Assembly: GCA_051313645.2 (NCBI GenBank)
Contig: JBNRSN020000018.1
Location: 81,592,001 to 81,656,000, forward strand
Reading direction: 5' to 3'
Length of the DNA: 64,000 nt
Source of the DNA: Centroscyllium fabricii
Taxonomy: Eukaryota
The first letter of the stretch is position 1. Each line of letters starts with the position of its first letter. A program made the translations under genes and the position numbers. The notes under the pieces were generated by a model. That model made no database searches. It saw only the letters and a list, made by a program, of their open reading frames with translations, and had not been told where the DNA came from. Shown here piece after piece: positions 59,538 through 64,000 of this stretch.

Positions 59538-60374
59538 GGATTCAGCCCACCTTTACCAAGAGGCGATCAGAAAACACATTTTATATTTCGATAAATTGTA
59601 TGAAATTTTCTTTTCTGAACTTTGATAAAATATGCCAAATCACAGGTAAAATTATTATAAGTAAAATGAATGTAAATAAAATCTATTTAATTCAGTGGAT
59701 GTTTCCCCTAGATTTGTGAAGCATTTCTGTCTGTTGGTGTCTATATCTATAAAATAAATTGACTGTCTTCAGTGTTCCCAAAAGAGCTGATTGGTTTGTG
59801 GCAAGAATATGTTTGAAAATTCCTATCTATCACTTGGCCTTGGTAACCACTGCTCATTGGTCCTTAGTAACCACATGATTGTTTCCATGGTAACTATAGC
59901 TCATTGAGCCCTGTTGAACACATGACTATTTCCAAGGTAACTGCTGTCTTTTGGTCCTCCACTATTCAGCATTTAAAATAGCTGTGCAGATTTTGGCATA
60001 TCGAAAACTATTGTTCATGTCATTGGTCAGCCTGGCTCAGTTGGTCGTCCTCTTGCTCTTGGATAAAGAGGCTGTGATTTAGGCCTCTTTATTCAAAGTA
60101 ATTGACATGTTTGCTCACATAACAATAGTCACTATGCTTCAAGGTAATTGACTTTATGTGAACTACAGTACTTGGAGACGTGACAATACTAGATCATAGA
60201 ATCATACAGCACATCTTTTAAAAGCCTTCGAACCAACACCTTCATTTCTTTTGAGTTCTGTGATTGGTCTGTGGATCTAAATATTCCAAACTGATATTTT
60301 CACTGTGAATAAAGTCACAGGAGATCAATTATACTGTATAGTATATGGTTTAAAGCTCCAGTATCCACTGAGTG

Positions 60375-60515
60375 GTGTTAGCCATGGCTCAGTGGTAGCA
60401 CTCTCGTCTGAACCTGGTCAGAAGTTTGTGGGTTCAAGTCCCACTCCAGTGACTTGAGCACAAAATCTAGGCTGACACTCCCGTGCAGGACTGCGGGAGT
60501 GCGGCACTGTCAGAG
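60375..60515 (+). mobile_element. Deu-domain SINE 5' part
   Basis: TGGCTCAGTGGTAGCACTCTC (box A) and GGTTCAAGTCCC (box B). Confidence 0.75.
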
Positions 60516-62259
60516 GGTTAGGGTTTGTTGGCTCGTTGATTAGAAAAGATGTCTCAGAAAGTTAGGGGGATTGTTTGATCAACAGCTAATTGCACACCAC
60601 AAAATGGGGAATAAGTCAAAATCCACACTGTTGCTGAATTTTAAATATGTGTATGTCCTGGAATATGAAGAAAATGGATACAAGCAAAAACATGAAATGA
60701 GTGGCGGTAACACCCAAACACACTGCTTGGGGTTGATTATGACTTTTGGGCAACGAACTGGCAGAGCAATAAAATAGCAGTTGGGATTCTGGGACCTTGA
60801 TTTGCATGTTAAAAGGGGCCTCCCGCCTGAAACCGCGGGTGCTTTGGATGCCCAGCCGTAGGCCTTTTCAAAAATGTCGCCAGCCGTATCATTAGGGTTA
60901 ACGGGGTGGTAAGGCTACCAACTCCATTTTGATGCTGTTACACCAGGCGAAACAAGCTAAACTCGACTCCTTTGTGTGGAGAATCAGAGATTGGGGCCAC
61001 TCGGCAGATTTGGTTTCTTTTTGGATGTGTCATCATGTGTAATATAATCTGCCTCTGGGCGTATCAAATTTTCTGCTGTAATCTTCCAAGCTGAAGTAAC
61101 GTGACTATTCCAGCACAAAAACATTAATCAGGAAGGGATAGCGAGGATGAGTTGTGTTAAGATTTTGGTTTGAACATTGCAGGCACACCAACAGGAATTT
61201 TAGTCTTATCAGACGCTGTCACACTCTGAATGGCAGATATAGGGTGCTGAGCTGGTTTTAAGAATTCATGCAGTGCCTGAATTTTTAGAGTAAATTTAAT
61301 TCTGGAAATAGAAGAAGAAACAGGCTGTGAAAACAAACTGCAGTTCGTTGCCTAGGAAATGCTCTCCAGATAATCACTGCAAATTTAATCTGTGTGAGCA
61401 CTGTAAAGACCAACCGTGGCAAAATTATACAGATCCCTGTTCCTGTTCCCTCATTAAACTGAATTCATATTTGCTACAGTTTTGGACAGGCACCGTAAGA
61501 CTAGTCATTTGTGCTCTTAAAATAAGGTGAAATAAAATGGCATTTGTTGTGGCATATATATGTATATATATGTATATATGTTAGATGAAAGCTTTAGAAA
61601 AGGACAACCTTAAAATAGTTTGCCCTTTAGGTGTCAAATATAATAGCCAAAGCTTGTATAACAATCACTATAGATAATGAGACTCCATTGGACTTGGCCA
61701 CATAAATGCTTCATTATAAAAAATATGGGGAGGCCAAGGTCCAGGTATCTGTAGAATTACCCAGTGCGAAAGATTTCATAAATTTCAGGAATAATGGATG
61801 TATTAATTTTCAAAATTCTCACCTTTATTATCTTCTTGTGAGAGGAACGCCATCGTGGATTTCAATGTGACCCTCCATCATTGCCATTCCATTCAATCCC
61901 ACATCTTTCCAGTATATAATAGTTCATGTCCAGCAACCTTTAATTGGCCTTTTTGCAATGTTCATTGGCATTGTGTGGCTGGTCTATTGCTTTCTTACCT
62001 GGTCCATTTCCTAGCTGTTACTATCAGTCCATAGTAACAATTCTTTGTTCGCCTGGTACGTATTATTTATTTCCTCACATCAATCTGCGCTCAGGCCTCT
62101 CTTGATGGTGTTTTTATAAATGATGGAGCTACAAGAGCAGCCCAAGCTGATGCTCCCTACCCACAGGGAAGCACACCGCCTCCAATTTCTAGTTCCCCGA
62201 GATGGTATGGCTTTGACTGGTAACTCACTGTAAGGGAAAATTTCAAGAGCAGACGAGTG

Positions 62260-62660
62260 TCAGTGGTAGCACTCTCACCTCCGAGTCATGAGGTCATGGT
62301 TCAAGCCTCACCCTAGAATTTGAACAGGTAAACTAGGCTGATGCTTCAGTGTAGTACTCAAGAGTGCTACTTTGTCGGAGGTGATGCTTTTTGAATGAGG
62401 CATTAAACCAAGGCCCCATTTGTTCTTTAGGTGGGCATAAAAGATTCCATTGCACAATTTGAAAAACAGTAGGGAAGTTTTCCCATTGTCCTGGGCAATA
62501 TTTAACCTTTAACCAAAGCGATCACAACAGTTTACCTGGCCATTTATCTCATTTGCTTCTGTGGGACCTTCCTGTGTGCAAATTTGTTGTTGCATTTGCC
62601 TACATAACAGTTACACAAGTAATTCATTGGCTGTGAAGCACTTTGGGATGTTCTGAGGCC
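62260..62660 (+). mobile_element. Deu-domain SINE, degraded, near full length
   Basis: CAGTGGTAGCACTCTCACCTCCGAGTCA...GGTTCAAG...TGTCGGAGGTGATGCTTTTTGAATGAGGCATTAAACCAAGGCCCC...tail. Confidence 0.72.
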
Positions 62661-63603
62661 ATTCTTTATTTTTCTCTGTGCACTGTACAGTAAAATCATA
62701 AACCTGTTCTTTATAAACTGGTTTATGACTTTGTTAGACATGACCCACAGAGGAAATCTCCCCACTTCCCCTTTCCCCGTGAGAGGAATCTCGAGGATGA
62801 ACCCCATCCTCGTCCCTTTACTTTCCGAAGACCATCTCATTTATTATTCAAACTTTCTATATGATGGTAAATACATTTTTGTAATTGCATAATTTTGAAT
62901 GCTGGAAGCTTCTATTCCTTTTACAGTGTTCAAAATTTGTCGGATCACTCACACTTTCACAGCCTCACAAAGAATTGTGTGTTGAGAACCATGATTATTT
63001 TTGCTGTGATGTATTTGGAGATCTCATTGTAATTCAACATCAATCCTTAAATGCCTGAAAGGTGGCCAATTTGTTGAACATACCAGCATTCTGTCCAAGC
63101 TCTGATTAACCAGTCTAGTTGATGTATTCACTTAGAACCATTTAATATTATCAACAGTAATCCTCTGTCCATGTTTATTATCTCTGCATTCAAGCAGGAT
63201 TTTTAGAGAGAAAAACATAAATGCTCAAATGCAGAACAAACCAGAAAATATACAACAGTTGAGTCACCATCCAAAAGAGAAATACAAGCTAACATTTTGG
63301 GTAAGTTTCTTCGTGAGAAGTGACATGGTAAAGGGAAAACCTTGTTATAGAACTTACCAGAAGAGAACTCTTGAGTACAGAGACTGCAACTGATTTCACA
63401 AAGAGGGACCTAATACCCCCCTGCAGAATTATCAACCTGTAAATATATATCGAAATGCAGGAAAGGTAAAGTGTTGTGTACTGTACAAAGATCAATTTGG
63501 TCGTATGAAAAGACATTTGGGAAGACAAAAGGGTAAATTAATCTCCACTCCATATCCAAGAGAAAGTGATGTAATGTGGATAGGGAAATCCAGCAGGGAC
63601 GTT

Positions 63604-64000
63604 GGGGGGATAATTCGGTTGGTTACCACCTCCCATTAGCGCCTCCGGGGGAATGCTAACGGGGCGCTAGGAACTTGGCACCCGAGCGCAGCGATGTTAG
63701 CGCTGCTCGTGAAATTGACCAGTCATTTTGTGGTAGCGCTAAACACTACTGCCATGATCTCCTGCGCCCGCAGATCATGATGTCAGTCAACGCCCCGGTA
63801 GTGCCCCAGACCGGATATTGAATCGCTCCCTCTGCCTTATGCCCTAGTTTCACTGGAGGCTACGAATTCCCGAATCGTGCCGATTGTGAAATTTGGCCGA
63901 TTCGTGGGTCATTCTTGCAATTCGTAGTGGATTCGTAGTAGATTCGTAGTGGATTCGTAGCGGAATCGTAGAGTTCGCGGTAGTTCGCGGGAGTTCTTTG
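63604..64000. mobile_element. Left end of a probable Harbinger-type element running out of the window, with an 11-bp TTCGTAGTGGA tandem repeat
   Basis: GGGGATAATT start and TTAGCGC/GCGCTAA motifs as in the 1118 and 21941 elements. The right end is not visible. Confidence 0.45.

Noticed and set aside
61553-61580. (TA/TG)n microsatellite
   Set aside because: Short, ordinary low-complexity tract.
63200-63540. Coding-looking stretch that might be a nested gene or ANKS1B exon
   Set aside because: It has stops in the plausible frames and traces (AAGCTAACATTTTGGG, AGAGGGACCTAATA) resembling a very old CR1 RT 3' end. Too eroded to call as a feature.

Overview
Vertebrate genomic DNA, almost certainly from a cartilaginous fish (elasmobranch), judged from HE1-type tRNA SINEs that share their 3' tail with CR1 LINEs, Deu-domain SINEs and Penelope-like hairpins. 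The window looks like intron of ANKS1B (AIDA-1) on the + strand. One 144-bp phase-0 coding exon is recognisable at 9191-9334, and there is a candidate alternative first exon ending at 35357. The rest is dense, nested transposable-element sequence: four two-LTR Gypsy elements (three lacking RT), two solo LTRs, one nearly intact full-length CR1 split by a 1.6-kb solo LTR, many CR1/L2/Rex1/RTEX-like fragments, PIF/Harbinger elements with spliced Myb/SANT genes, and Tigger-like MITEs. The most striking observation concerns two related but diverged Gypsy families. Both lack a tRNA primer-binding site. At the PBS position each instead carries a ~14-nt inverted copy of its own LTR AATAAA region, with compensatory base changes between the families. 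This suggests tRNA-independent self-priming and/or occlusion of the poly(A) signal. The full-length member also has a YLDN rather than YxDD RT motif. All calls come from reading the sequence and recalled family knowledge; no searches were run.
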